64,000 nucleotides of DNA. It comes from an uncultured Planctomycetota bacterium (GTDB taxonomy: Bacteria > Planctomycetota > Planctomycetia > Isosphaerales > Isosphaeraceae). Below, piece by piece: positions 20,433-30,749 of this stretch. How positions within the stretch are numbered: position 1 is the stretch's first letter; each line of letters begins with the position of its first letter. The position numbers and the translations under genes are program-made. The notes under the pieces are model-generated. The model saw nothing but the letters and a program-made list of their open reading frames with translations, searched no databases and was not told where the DNA came from. The stretch lies in assembly GCA_963737655.1 (NCBI GenBank), contig CAVTTN010000002.1, forward strand, positions 4,480,001-4,544,000. Reading direction: 5' to 3'.

Positions 20433-22068
20433 ATGGCCAAGCATATTTTCGTCACGGGCGGCGTCGTGAGCTCGCTGGGCAAGGGGCTCGACGTCGGCCT
20501 CGATCGGGATGCTCCTGGAGCGCCGGGGCCTGCGGGTCCGCCTCCAGAAGCTCGACCCGTACTTGAACGTCGATCCCGGCACGATGAGCCCCTACCAGCA
20601 CGGCGAGGTCTACGTCCTGGACGACGGCGCCGAGACCGACCTGGACCTCGGCCACTACGAGCGGTTCACCGACGCCCCCCTGACCCGCGACTGCAACTAC
20701 ACCACCGGCAAGATCTATCAGACCGTCATCAAGAAAGAGCGCGAGGGCAAGCACTACGAGGGGAAGACCGTCCAGGTCATCCCGCACGTGACCGACGAGA
20801 TCAAGGCCGCGATCCGCTCGCTCGCCACGCCCGATGTGGACCTGGTGATCACCGAGATCGGCGGCACCGTCGGCGACATCGAAGGGCTGCCGTTCCTGGA
20901 GGCGATCCGCCAGTTCGCCCTGGACGTCGGCCGCGAGAACTGCCTGTATATCCACCTGACCCTCGTGCCGTACCTCAAGGCGGCCGGCGAGATCAAGACC
21001 AAGCCCACCCAGCACTCCGTCGGGGCGCTCCGCCAGATCGGCATCCAGCCGGACGTGCTGATTTGTCGGACCGAGCACACGATCCCGCCCGAGGACAAGG
21101 ACAAGATCGCCCTGTTCTGCAACATCGACCGGAAGGCCGTGATCGAGGAGCGCGACAAGGAATACAGCATCTACGAGGTGCCCCTGTCGCTCGTCCACAA
21201 CGGCCTGGACGACATCCTGGTGAAGCGGCTGGGCCTCCAGACCAAGCCGCTGGACATCGAGGACTGGCGGGACCTCCTGGACCGCGTCCGCCACCCGGAC
21301 CGCGAGGTCACGATCGCGGTGGTGGGCAAGTACATGAAGCATCGCGACGCTTATAAGAGCGTCTACGAGTCGCTCGACCACGCCGGGATCGCCCACAACG
21401 CCCGGGTCGTCGTCCGCCGGATCGAGGCCGAGGACGTCGGGCGCGAGGGCGCGGCGAACGTCCTCGGCGGGATCGACGGCATCCTCGTCCCGGGAGGCTT
21501 CGGGATGAGGGGCGTCGAGGGGAAGATCGAGGCGATCAAGTACGCCAGGGCCCGCAACGTCCCGTATTTCGGCATCTGCCTGGGGATGCAATGCGCCTCG
21601 GTCGAATTCGCCCGGAGCGTCCTGGGCCTGGCCGACGCCAATTCCACCGAGTTCGACCCGGCCACGCAGAACCCGGTGATCTCGTTGATGGAGGAGCAGC
21701 TGAGGGTCCGCGAGCGAGGCGGCACGATGCGCCTCGGGGCCTGGCCCTGCACGCTCCACCCGGACAGCCGCGCCTTCACCGCCTACGGCCGGGAAAACAT
21801 CGAGGAACGCCATCGCCACCGCTACGAGTTCAACAACGCCTATCGCCAGGCGTTCGAGGAGAACGGCTTCGCCGTGACCGGCACGAGCCCGGACGGCGAA
21901 CTCGTCGAGATCATCGAATTGCCCGATCACCCGTGGTTCCTGGCCGTCCAGTTCCACCCCGAGTTCAAGAGCAAGCCGACCAAGGCCCACCCCCTCTTCC
22001 GGGACTTCATCGCCGCCGCCCTCCAGCGACGCGAAAACAGCCGATCCGAAGTCGAAATGAGGCCGTAG
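20433..22068 (+). CDS. pyrG: CTP synthase (apparent +1 frameshift near 20489)
   Basis: [19 protein letters not shown], then in the next frame [10 protein letters not shown]…[41 protein letters not shown]. Confidence 0.97.
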
Positions 22069-22082
22069 GTCAGGAACCCCTC

Positions 22083-22733
22083 ATGGCCACCGTCACCCGC
22101 GCCACCACTCTTTGGTCGAACGCGCTGATCCGGAACGTCTCCTGGGAGCAATATGAGGCATTCCTGGAGTGGCTCGGCGACCGCCCGGGGATCAAGGTCA
22201 ACTATGATGACGGGGCGATGGAGATCATGGCCCCTCTCCTCAAGCACGACCGGGAGAAGTCGATCACGGGGCGGCTGTTCGAGAGACTCTGCGAGGAGCT
22301 CGATCAGGTCTCGCTGGGGGCCGGCTCGGTCACCCTCAACAAAGAACTCGCCGCCAAGGGGATCGAGGCGGATGAGTGCTACTGGCTCGAAAACGAGCCG
22401 CGGATGAGGAGCAAGCAGGAGCTGGACCTCTCCGTTGATCCGCCGCCCGACCTCGCCATCGAGATCCAGAACACCACGACCATCCTGAAACGCTTGCCGA
22501 TCTATGCGGGGATCGGCGTCCCCGAACTCTGGAGGTGGACGGGCGAGTCGTTCGAAATCCTCCTGCTCGGCGAGGACGGCCATTATCACCCGAGCGAGTC
22601 GAGCCGGAGCCTGCCGCTCCTGCCGATTTCGGGGTTCAGCCGGTTCGTCGCGCGTTGCTATGATGTCGATGAGTTGTCGCTGGTCAAGCAGTTCGTGGCG
22701 TGGGTCCGCGAAGGGATGCCGCCCCTCGCCTGA
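22083..22733 (+). CDS. Uma2-family endonuclease
   Basis: NVSWEQYE, YDDGAMEIMAP, GIEADECYW, PPPDLAIEI, YAGIGVPELWRW. Confidence 0.9.
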   Translation: MATVTRATTLWSNALIRNVSWEQYEAFLEWLGDRPGIKVNYDDGAMEIMAPLLKHDREKSITGRLFERLCEELDQVSLGAGSVTLNKELAAKGIEADECYWLENEPRMRSKQELDLSVDPPPDLAIEIQNTTTILKRLPIYAGIGVPELWRWTGESFEILLLGEDGHYHPSESSRSLPLLPISGFSRFVARCYDVDELSLVKQFVAWVREGMPPLA

Positions 22734-22750
22734 GAGAATGCCGGAAAGGC

Positions 22751-23932
22751 GTGCCCTTGGCCGATCGCCCGAGGATAGTCGCCCGCCACTATGCCACCGG
22801 GACGTGGGTGGGCCTGAGGATCGACGGGCCGACGATCACGGAGGTCGAGCCGGCCGAGGGGACGATTCGCTCGGACGACCTCGACCCCTGGATCGCCCCG
22901 GCGTTCTGGGATTTGCAGGTCAACGGGCGATGGGGCGTCTCGTTCTCGGATGCGACGATCACCCCGGAGCAGGTCGCCAGGATCGTCCGGGCCCAGGCGG
23001 CGCTGGGGACCGCCCGGCTTTGCCCGACCCTGATCACGGCGAGCCGAGAGGCCACGCTCTCGGGCGTGAAGGCGATCGCCCAGGCGTGCGATTCCGACCC
23101 CGAGGTCGGCCGCCGCGTCCTGGGAATCCACCTGGAGGGGCCGTGGATCTCGCCCGAGGACGGGTATCGAGGAGCCCACCCGCGAGAGCACGTCCGCGAC
23201 CCCGATTGGGAGGAGTTCCTCGCCCTCCAGGACGCCGCCGGAGGGCGGATCGCCCTCGTCACGCTCGCCCCGGAGCGGCCCGGCGGCCTGGAACTCGTCG
23301 AGAGGCTGGCCGAGGCCGAAGTCCTCGTGGCCGTGGGGCATTCGGCGGCCGATGGCGCGACTCTCGAAGCCGCCTGCCGGGCCGGGCTCCGGCTGGCGAC
23401 CCATCTCGGCAACGGCCTGCCGGCGACGCTGAACCGCCACCCCAACCCGATCTGGGACCAGGCGGCCCGGCCGGACCTCTGGGCCTCGTTCATCGCCGAC
23501 GGCCACCACCTCGACCGCGCCACCCTGGGCGTCCTGGTCCGGGCCAAGCGGCAGCGGTTCCTCCTCGTGAGCGACGCCAGCCCCCTGGCCGGCTCGCCCC
23601 CGGGGCTGTACGGGCCGTGGGAGGTTCGCGAAGACGGCCGGATCGTCGTCGCCGGGACGCCGTATCTCGCCGGTTCGAGCCTGGAGCTCCCCAGGGCGAT
23701 CCCCATCCTGATGGCGGCGGCCTCGGTGGACCTGCGCCGGGCGATCCGAGCGGCCACCTCCAGCCCGGCGAGGCTCCTCGGCCACAAGCCCCCGGAGATC
23801 GGAAACGAAGAGCCCGCCGACCTCATCCTCTTTCGCTTCCGCAAGACTCGAAGCACGAAGGCGACCCGCTCCTTCGACCTCCTCGCCTCGTGCGTCGGCG
23901 GCGAATGGAACCTGGCCGGGGCGGAGGCGTGA
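22751..23932 (+). CDS. nagA: N-acetylglucosamine-6-phosphate deacetylase-like amidohydrolase
   Basis: DLQVNG, CPTLIT, GIHLEGPWIS…RGAHP, VTLAPE, VGHS, THLGNG, IADGHHL, VSDA. Confidence 0.8.
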   Translation: MPLADRPRIVARHYATGTWVGLRIDGPTITEVEPAEGTIRSDDLDPWIAPAFWDLQVNGRWGVSFSDATITPEQVARIVRAQAALGTARLCPTLITASREATLSGVKAIAQACDSDPEVGRRVLGIHLEGPWISPEDGYRGAHPREHVRDPDWEEFLALQDAAGGRIALVTLAPERPGGLELVERLAEAEVLVAVGHSAADGATLEAACRAGLRLATHLGNGLPATLNRHPNPIWDQAARPDLWASFIADGHHLDRATLGVLVRAKRQRFLLVSDASPLAGSPPGLYGPWEVREDGRIVVAGTPYLAGSSLELPRAIPILMAAASVDLRRAIRAATSSPARLLGHKPPEIGNEEPADLILFRFRKTRSTKATRSFDLLASCVGGEWNLAGAEA

Positions 23933-23948
23933 AACGCGGGGATGGCCA

Positions 23949-24485
23949 TCAGGCGTAGAGAAGCCGTCCCCGAGGCGTGGGGATGGAACGACCGAGTTCC
24001 CGAGCCGTCTCGATCCACTCCCCGATGATCACCTCGGCGTTGGCCAGCGCCTCCTGATAAGTCGCCCCATCGGCCGCGCAGCCGGGCAATTCCGGCACTT
24101 CGGCGATGAAGGCTTCGTCCTCCTGGCTCCAGTAGAGGATGATCTCGTATCGAATGTTATTGAGCAACTGCGCCCCCTCTGATTCGGAACGTTCTGGTCC
24201 CGGGCTGTCCGCCGCGTCGTCGGCGAGTTGCCCGGAGTTGCCCGCCAGTCCGTAGGTCACGATGATCCCGCGAACCTGTTTGACCTGATAAGCCTTGGCC
24301 TGTCCGTCACGTGGCTGGAGGTTGAGGATCTCTGCAACGCCCTCGCGAGTCAGGATGTGGTGGTCGCCACGGACACGCTCCTTGAAGCCGAGATGCGCGA
24401 GCAAGGCCAGGAGGTCAACGAAACGGATATTAGCGTCGGATGATCCGCGGAGGATCCGTTCCAAGGTCTTCGTGAGCTTGCTCAC
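23949..24485 (-). CDS. hicAB: HicA toxin + HicB antitoxin, in one reading frame as sequenced
   Basis: N-half (ILRGSSDANIRF…LGFKERVRGDHHIL…NLQPRDGQAKAYQVKQVR) is HicA-like; C-half (YEIILYWSQEDEAFIAEVPELPGCAADGATYQEAL…PRGRLLYA) is HicB-like. Confidence 0.85.
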   Translation of the reverse strand: MSKLTKTLERILRGSSDANIRFVDLLALLAHLGFKERVRGDHHILTREGVAEILNLQPRDGQAKAYQVKQVRGIIVTYGLAGNSGQLADDAADSPGPERSESEGAQLLNNIRYEIILYWSQEDEAFIAEVPELPGCAADGATYQEALANAEVIIGEWIETARELGRSIPTPRGRLLYA

Positions 24486-24629
24486 GGCACCCCTCAACAC
24501 CCTGAACAAAGGACGGCGGTTCCCGGAGAACAATTGCCCCTCGGAGGGGGCTCGAATGAGGACGACCGCCGGCCCGGGGGTGGGCCGGGCCGGCGGTCGT
24601 TCGATCGTTCGGTCATCAGTCGGCGAGGT

Positions 24630-26134
24630 TCACGCCTTCTCGGCGGGGTCCTTGCCGTCGATCCAGTCGCCTTCGAGCTTCTGGTAGGGCTTGGGCGTGA
24701 GGGTGGAGCCTTCGAGCGGGTCGGCCTTCCAGCCGATCACCTGGGCGGGCTTGCCTCGCTCGTGGCTGATCTTCTCCCACTTCTTGGCCCAGGTGGTGTC
24801 GGCCTCGGACTTGCCGGTCTCGGGGTCGAAGTAGTAGGCCTTGCCCTGGCGGTAGGAATCGACGCCGAGGTTGACCGTGGCGATCGCGGCGTAGCCGAGC
24901 TCGGCCGGGCAGAGGGTCTCGGGGTTCCTCGAGCGGAGGCACTCCAGGAAGTGCTCCCAGAGGGCGCGGGTGTCGTCTCGGGGCTGGGCGGGCTTGATGA
25001 CCTCGCCGCCCTCGCCGCTGTTGGCGCCGGAGGGGCGGGGCGGCCCTCGATCTTCTGCTGGGTCACGGTGAACCCGTCGTTCGGGCTGCCGCCGAACTTG
25101 ATCGTGGCGGTATGGCCTCGGATGATCTCGCCGAGCTGGACGTCGTTGCACATCGTCGCCGAGATGATGACCTGGCAGCCCTGGTCATAGTCGGCCACCA
25201 CGGTGGCCACGTCCGGCACGTCGCGGCCGTCGTACTCCATGTAGAGCCCGCCGGCGCCCACGACCCGACGCGGGAACCGGACGCCCATCGCCTGGATCAG
25301 GTGGGTCAGCTGGTGGACGAACAAATCTGTGTACATGCCGCCGCCGAAGTCCCAGTAGCAGCGCCACTGGGCGTACTTGGCGCGGTTGAAGGGCTGGTCC
25401 GGGGCCAGGCCGAACTCGGTCCCGAGGAACATCTTCCAATCGACCGTCTTGGGCGTCATGTCCTCGGTCAGGTCGTAGTACCGCCACTGCCCCATCGAGC
25501 TGTTGCGGTAGTACGAGGTCTGGCCCTGCATCACGTGGCCGATCTTGCCCGAGGTGATGAGCTCGTTGGCCATCTTCCAGCGGGGATCGGCCGTGGACTG
25601 GACGCCGACGGTCATGATCTGCTTGGTCTTCTTGACCGTGTCGGCGACCTTCTTCGCCTCCTCGATCGTGTGGGTCATCGGCTTCTCGCAGTACACGTCC
25701 TTGCCCGCCTCGAGGGCGTCGACGGTCTGCTTGCCGTGCCAGTGGTCGGGGGTGGCGATGACGACCGCGTCCACGTCCTTGGAGTCGAGGATCTTGCGGT
25801 AGTCCTTGGTCACGAGCTTGTCGTCGTGCTTCAGCCCGGCCTTGTCGGCCGAGGGATAGAGGCCGCGGCCGACCTTCTTGTTGCCGTCCCACACGTCGGC
25901 CATGCCGATGATGTCGACGAGCTTGCCTTCCTTCTTGAAGTTCAGGAGGCCGTCGATGTGGGCCTGGGCGCGGCCGCCGGGGCCGATGATCGCGAAGTTG
26001 ATCTTCTCGTTGGCCCCCTTGACGCTGCCGATCGCCGGGTGGGCGAAGGCCGTCGTGCTGGCCACGGCGGCGCCGGCCGCCGCGCCGGTGGTCCCGAGGA
26101 ACCCTCGGCGCGTCATCGAACGCTTGTTGGTCAT
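24630..26134 (-). CDS. Tat-exported Gfo/Idh/MocA oxidoreductase (frameshift near 25030-25045)
   Basis: TRRGFLG, IIGPGGRA, IATPDHWH, DVYCEKP, WRCYWDFGGG; the C-terminus (HFLECLRSR…CPAELGY) is in ORF 24630..25151. Confidence 0.9.
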
Positions 26135-26342
26135 GAATGCGGACTCCTCGGGTCGGAGGGCGAGAACCGGTTCGGCGGACCCGGCGGGCGCTCGCGAATG
26201 GAGGAGGCCCCGGCCGCGAGGCTTCAGTCTGCGCCGATTCCTCGCCATTCGCAAGAAGGTTCCGAGGAGAAACCGACGCTTCGGCTCGCCTTCGGACCGT
26301 CCCTCGCATACAACCGGGAGGGTCCCACCGGAGTCGCCGCCC

Positions 26343-26834
26343 ATGCTGTTCGAGAAATCCTCGACGATCGCCGCCCCTCCCGAGGCCGTCTTCGCCTTCC
26401 ACGAATCCCCGGGCGCCCTGGCCCGGCTGACCCCTCCGTGGGAGAAGGCGAGGCTGGTCGAGGGGGGTGATTCGATCCGGGTCGGCAGCCGGGCCGTCCT
26501 CGAAGTCAAGATCGGGCCGATCCCCTTGCGGTGGGTGGCCGAGCACGTCGAGTACGCCCCGCCCCACCTCTTCGCCGACCGGCAAGTCTCCGGCCCATTC
26601 GCCTCGTGGCTCCACGAGCACCACATGGACGACGACGGCCGGGGAGGCACGACCCTCCGCGACGAGGTCCACTACGAATTGCCGCTCGGATGGCTCGGCC
26701 GCCTCTTCGGGGCGGCGATGGTCCGGCGAAAACTCCAAAAAATGTTCGATTATCGCCACGATCAGACGCGAAAGATCGTCGAATCGGGCGACTTCCCGGG
26801 CGCCGTCAAGGCTCGTCCCTCTCCAAGCCCGTGA
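26343..26834 (+). CDS. SRPBCC/START-like family protein
   Basis: IAAPPEAVFAFH…LTPPW, FADRQVSGPFASWLHEH, DEVHYELPLG, MFDYRH. Confidence 0.85.
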   Translation: MLFEKSSTIAAPPEAVFAFHESPGALARLTPPWEKARLVEGGDSIRVGSRAVLEVKIGPIPLRWVAEHVEYAPPHLFADRQVSGPFASWLHEHHMDDDGRGGTTLRDEVHYELPLGWLGRLFGAAMVRRKLQKMFDYRHDQTRKIVESGDFPGAVKARPSPSP

Positions 26835-27174
26835 CCCGGGTGATCACCCCGGCCGCGCAGACCTTCGCCCCCTCGACGCAGAAGAACCCCTCTCCGGGGC
26901 GCACCCTCTCGCGGTGAAACGGCCTCATTCGCGGATCGACGACGAGGAACCGGGCGCGGACGAGGCCGGTGATGGGCCGATCGGGCGGCAGGGGGTCGCC
27001 GGCCTCGTCGAGGAACTCGGGCCAGACCATCCAGGCGACGCCGTCGTCCGAGAAATATCGGAGGTCCCACCGAATCCCCTGGAACGGCGGGGACGCCCGT
27101 CCTCCTTCGCGAGCGGACAGGATGCGGACGACGGCCTCGAAGTCCCCTTCCCCCGGGCCAATCCTTCTCATCAT
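26806..27174 (-). CDS. Small hypothetical protein resembling the EF-Tu C-terminal beta-barrel domain
   Basis: DFEAVVRILSAREGGRASP…GEGFFCVEGAKVCAAGVITRV parallels the EF-Tu domain 3 pattern (EGGR…EGGRTVGAGVV). Confidence 0.6.
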   Translation of the reverse strand: MMRRIGPGEGDFEAVVRILSAREGGRASPPFQGIRWDLRYFSDDGVAWMVWPEFLDEAGDPLPPDRPITGLVRARFLVVDPRMRPFHRERVRPGEGFFCVEGAKVCAAGVITRVTGLERDEP

Positions 27175-27313
27175 GCTTTGTCGAGAACCCCGGTGAGAAT
27201 GAGGAAACGAGTCGGTCCGACTTCAGTCGGGCCTGGAAAACAAGACATTTTGTAGGCCCGACTGAAGTCGGACCGACTCGATCGACCTCTTCGATCGGGG
27301 TTTTCTACAGAGC
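27174..27313. mobile_element. MITE family B (140 bp) with internal GTAG REP doublet; target duplication CTTCTCATCA
   Basis: TIRs TGCTTTGTCGAGAACCCC / GGGGTTTTCTACAGAGC; direct repeats at 27164-27173 and 27314-27323. Confidence 0.85.
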
Positions 27314-27435
27314 CTTCTCATCACCTTCGCCCCGGACATCGACCGCCAGGATACTTTGGAGCCGAGCAGGATACTCAAAGGCGTCCTGAATCGACCTCCG
27401 CGATCCTGACGGTCGGGCGATGGACTGGACTCGAT

Positions 27436-30237
27436 CTACTTCGCCGGCTTGCCGTCCGGAGTGATCACGCGGACCTCCTTGAACCCCAGGGCCTTGAGCT
27501 TGGGCTCGATGGCCTTGCGGTCGCCGACGACCAGGACCACCCTCTCCTTCGGCCCGGCCACCTCCGCCATCGCCTTGCCGATCGTCTCGGGCTTCGTCTC
27601 CTGGAGCCTGGCGAGGAACGTGTCGAGGTAGTCCGGCGGGAGGCCGAACTGGGCCATCTCTTCGAGGATTCCGGCGATCGAGCCGGGCGATTCGAACGTC
27701 TCGGGGTAGGAGCGGCTCTCGGCATCCAGCGCGGTGCCGATCTCCTCCTCGGTGAACGGCTTGCCGCCGGCCAGGCCGTCGAGCTCGGCAATCACTTCCT
27801 TCAGGGCCGGCGCCGTGGCGTCGGCGCGGACCTGGGTGGAGACGAACCAGACGCTCCCGGTCCGGCGGAAATCGAACGTCGAGCCCGCCCCGTACGTGAA
27901 TCCGTGGTCCTCGCGGAGGTTCTGGTTCAGCCGGCTCAGGAAGTCCCCGCCGAGGATGCGATTGCCCAGGAGCGTCGAGAAATAACGAGGATCGGATCGG
28001 TCGGTCCACCTCCGGCCCACGTCGATCACGCTCTGGACCGCTCCCGGCTTGTCCACCAGGTACGCCACGCCGGGCTCGGCCTTCAGTGCCGGCTCGGGAC
28101 GCGGCTTCGGCTCCATCTTCTGGGGCTTCCAGCCGCCGAGGCTCGCTTCGAGGGATGCGAACAGGGCGGCGGGCTCGATGTCGCCGACGACGATCAGGAT
28201 CGAGCCCTTCGGCCCGAAGTGATCGCCATAAAACTTGCGGACGTCGTCGGCCGTGATCGCCTCGACGGTCTCCCGGAAGCCGTCGCCCGGGTTGCCATAC
28301 GGGTGATCGACCCCGTACAGGACCGCTCGGAACGCCCGCCGGGCGATCCAGCCCACGCTGTCCGGCCCCTGGAGCAATCCGGCGAGCTGGAGGCTCTTCT
28401 CGCGGTCGAAATCCTTGGGGTCGAGCCTCGGCGTCTTGAGGACCTCGCCCAGGAGGGTCATCGCCGGGTCGAAGTTCCGGGCGACGGTGGAGAAGCCCAC
28501 GCTCGTCTCGTCCACGCCCACGCCCGCGCCCAGCGTCACGCCGAGGTCTTCGAGCGCCTCGGCCAACTCCGTCGCGGTCTTCGAGGCCGTCCCCTTGTCC
28601 AGGAGGCTGGCGGAGAGGGTGGCCAGGCCCGACTTCCCCTTCGGGTCGTCGCCGGTGCCGGCCGGGAGGGTCAATCGGGCCGTCACCAGGGGCAGCGTCT
28701 TCCACGGGACGAACCAGACGTCCACCCCGTTCGAGAGCGATTTGCGGACGATCCTGGGGGCGCGGAACTCGACCGGGGCCGACGGTCCCGGCATCTTCGT
28801 CCAATCCGGTCCGGGTGCGGGTTTCCTCTCGACGGCCGGCGATTCTTCCCCTTTCACCGCCGGGGGGCCGGCCTGGAGGGCTTCCGATTCCGCCTCACCG
28901 GGCTTCGCCGGGACGATCCAGAGATCGACCTTCGATTCGGGCAAATACGTCTTCGCCACCCGCTGGACATCGGCCGGCGTCACGGCGAAGTAGCGGGCGA
29001 AGTCCTTCCGGTAGTGGTTCGGGTCGTCCTTCTGAGCGAACCCGACGGCCAGCGTGATGGCCCGGCCGAGCGGGGGGGTCAGCGACGCATAGGCCGATTT
29101 CTCGTGGAGGGCGAGGGCCCGGGCCATCTCGCCGGCCGTCGGCGGCTGGTTGCGGATGAGTTCGAGGTTCTTCGCGAGGATGGCCTCGATCGCCTCCAGC
29201 GCCCCGTCCTTCGCCTCGGCGGCGGTGCTCTGGATCTGGAATAGCCCGGCCGATTCCTTGGTGTCGCTGCCCGCGCCGACGTCCTTGGCGACCCGGGCTT
29301 CCAGGACGAGCGCCTTGTGCAATCGGCTCGCTTCGCCCCCGGCGAGGATCTCGGCGAGGAGGTCCAGGGCGGGGCTGTCGGGATGGTCGTCCGGCACCGT
29401 CGGCCAGTTCCAGTAGACGCGGGGCAACTGCACCTTGTCCGCCTGCACCACCTTCTTCGCCGGGCTCGGCACGGGCGAGACGTCCACCGGCTTCGGCTTC
29501 GGGCCCGCCGCGAGCGGCCCGAAATACTTCGCGATCAGCGATTTCGCCGCGGCCGGATCGAAATCGCCCGCGAGCACGAGCGTGGCGTTCGCCGGGTGGT
29601 AGAACTCGGCGAAGAACCGCTTCAGATCGTCGAGCGTCGCATCGTTCAGGTCCTTCATCGAGCCGATGACCGACCACGAGTAGGGATGCCCCTTGGGGAA
29701 GACGCTCGCCAGGATCGTCTCCTCGGCCAGCCCATAGGGGACGTTCTCGTAGCTCTGCCTTCGCTCGTTCTTGACGACCTCGCGCTCGGTGTCGAACTTC
29801 TTCTGGTCGAGCGCCGAGGGCAGGAACGCGAGGCGTTCGGCCTCCAGGTAGAGGGCCCGTTCGAGGAAGTTGCTGGGGACGGTCTCGAAATAGACCGTCA
29901 TGTCCTCGGAGGTGAAGGCGTTGGACTGCGCGCCGGCCTCCTGAAGAGGGATATCATAATTGGGCACGTTCTTGGTGCCCCGGAACATCATGTGCTCGAA
30001 GAAGTGGGCGAACCCGGTCCGCCCCGCCCGTTCGTTCTTGGCGCCGACGTGGTAGGCGACCGTCACCGTCACCCGGGGGATCAGCGGATCGCGGTGGAGG
30101 GCGACCTTCAGCCCGTTCGGCAACGTGTAGGCTTCCAAAGCCAGTTCGGGCGCCTTGGGCCGGGGCGGGTCGGCGGCCGGAGATCGGCTCGGGACCGCGA
30201 ACAGGAGCGCGAGCGCGACGGCGAATCGAAGGGGCAT
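27436..30237 (-). CDS. M16-family zinc protease (pitrilysin/PqqL-like), secreted
   Basis: Signal peptide, YTLPNGL, TGFAHFFEHMMF (HxxEH), NAFT, EREVVKNERR, SRLNQNLREDHGFTYG. Confidence 0.93.
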   Translation of the reverse strand: MPLRFAVALALLFAVPSRSPAADPPRPKAPELALEAYTLPNGLKVALHRDPLIPRVTVTVAYHVGAKNERAGRTGFAHFFEHMMFRGTKNVPNYDIPLQEAGAQSNAFTSEDMTVYFETVPSNFLERALYLEAERLAFLPSALDQKKFDTEREVVKNERRQSYENVPYGLAEETILASVFPKGHPYSWSVIGSMKDLNDATLDDLKRFFAEFYHPANATLVLAGDFDPAAAKSLIAKYFGPLAAGPKPKPVDVSPVPSPAKKVVQADKVQLPRVYWNWPTVPDDHPDSPALDLLAEILAGGEASRLHKALVLEARVAKDVGAGSDTKESAGLFQIQSTAAEAKDGALEAIEAILAKNLELIRNQPPTAGEMARALALHEKSAYASLTPPLGRAITLAVGFAQKDDPNHYRKDFARYFAVTPADVQRVAKTYLPESKVDLWIVPAKPGEAESEALQAGPPAVKGEESPAVERKPAPGPDWTKMPGPSAPVEFRAPRIVRKSLSNGVDVWFVPWKTLPLVTARLTLPAGTGDDPKGKSGLATLSASLLDKGTASKTATELAEALEDLGVTLGAGVGVDETSVGFSTVARNFDPAMTLLGEVLKTPRLDPKDFDREKSLQLAGLLQGPDSVGWIARRAFRAVLYGVDHPYGNPGDGFRETVEAITADDVRKFYGDHFGPKGSILIVVGDIEPAALFASLEASLGGWKPQKMEPKPRPEPALKAEPGVAYLVDKPGAVQSVIDVGRRWTDRSDPRYFSTLLGNRILGGDFLSRLNQNLREDHGFTYGAGSTFDFRRTGSVWFVSTQVRADATAPALKEVIAELDGLAGGKPFTEEEIGTALDAESRSYPETFESPGSIAGILEEMAQFGLPPDYLDTFLARLQETKPETIGKAMAEVAGPKERVVLVVGDRKAIEPKLKALGFKEVRVITPDGKPAK

Positions 30238-30360
30238 GGCCAGACGATCCTGAAAGGGCCGGTCGGGGCCGGGCGGGGTCCGTCCCTCGCCCGAATCTCC
30301 TGGGGCGTCATTGTCGCCCCGGGCCAGGGATTCGGCAACCCTCTGGGATTGGGGGGAGGT

Positions 30361-30620
30361 TTAACCGCCAAGACGCCGAGGGGAGGGGGAGATTAACCGC
30401 CAAGACGCCAAGTTCGCCAAGGGCAGAAGAGAAGAAGAGGAAGAGAATGAAAATATGCAGACTCAAAATTGAAATTGAATTGTATTTGTAAAACTGCGTT
30501 TCGAACTCTCCTCTTTCTCCTCTTCTCTGCCCTTGGCGAACTTGGCGTCTTGGCGGTTAATCTCCCCTCCTCTACCCTTGGCGAACTTGGCGTCTTGGCG
30601 GTTAGTCTCCCCCTCCCCTC
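30361..30620. repeat. Long inverted-repeat element, family E (TTAACCGCCAAGACGCCAAGTTCGCCAAGG units around an AT-rich core)
   Basis: Two forward units (30361, 30393) and two inverted units (ending ~30560 and ~30604), purine/pyrimidine arms, AT-rich centre ~30446-30500. Confidence 0.85.
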
Positions 30621-30749
30621 GGAATCGAGGCGGTGCAATCCCCCCGCCCCCGCCGAACCCTGGACGGGGACCCACCATGCAGGCACAATGAGCCTCGGGC
30701 CGACCCTCCGCCCGGACCGGATTCCCTCTCGATTCTGATGGAGCCGCCG

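Noticed and set aside
20480..20500. Programmed frameshift in pyrG
   Set aside because: No slippery heptamer is evident, and similar one-base breaks occur in many unrelated genes.
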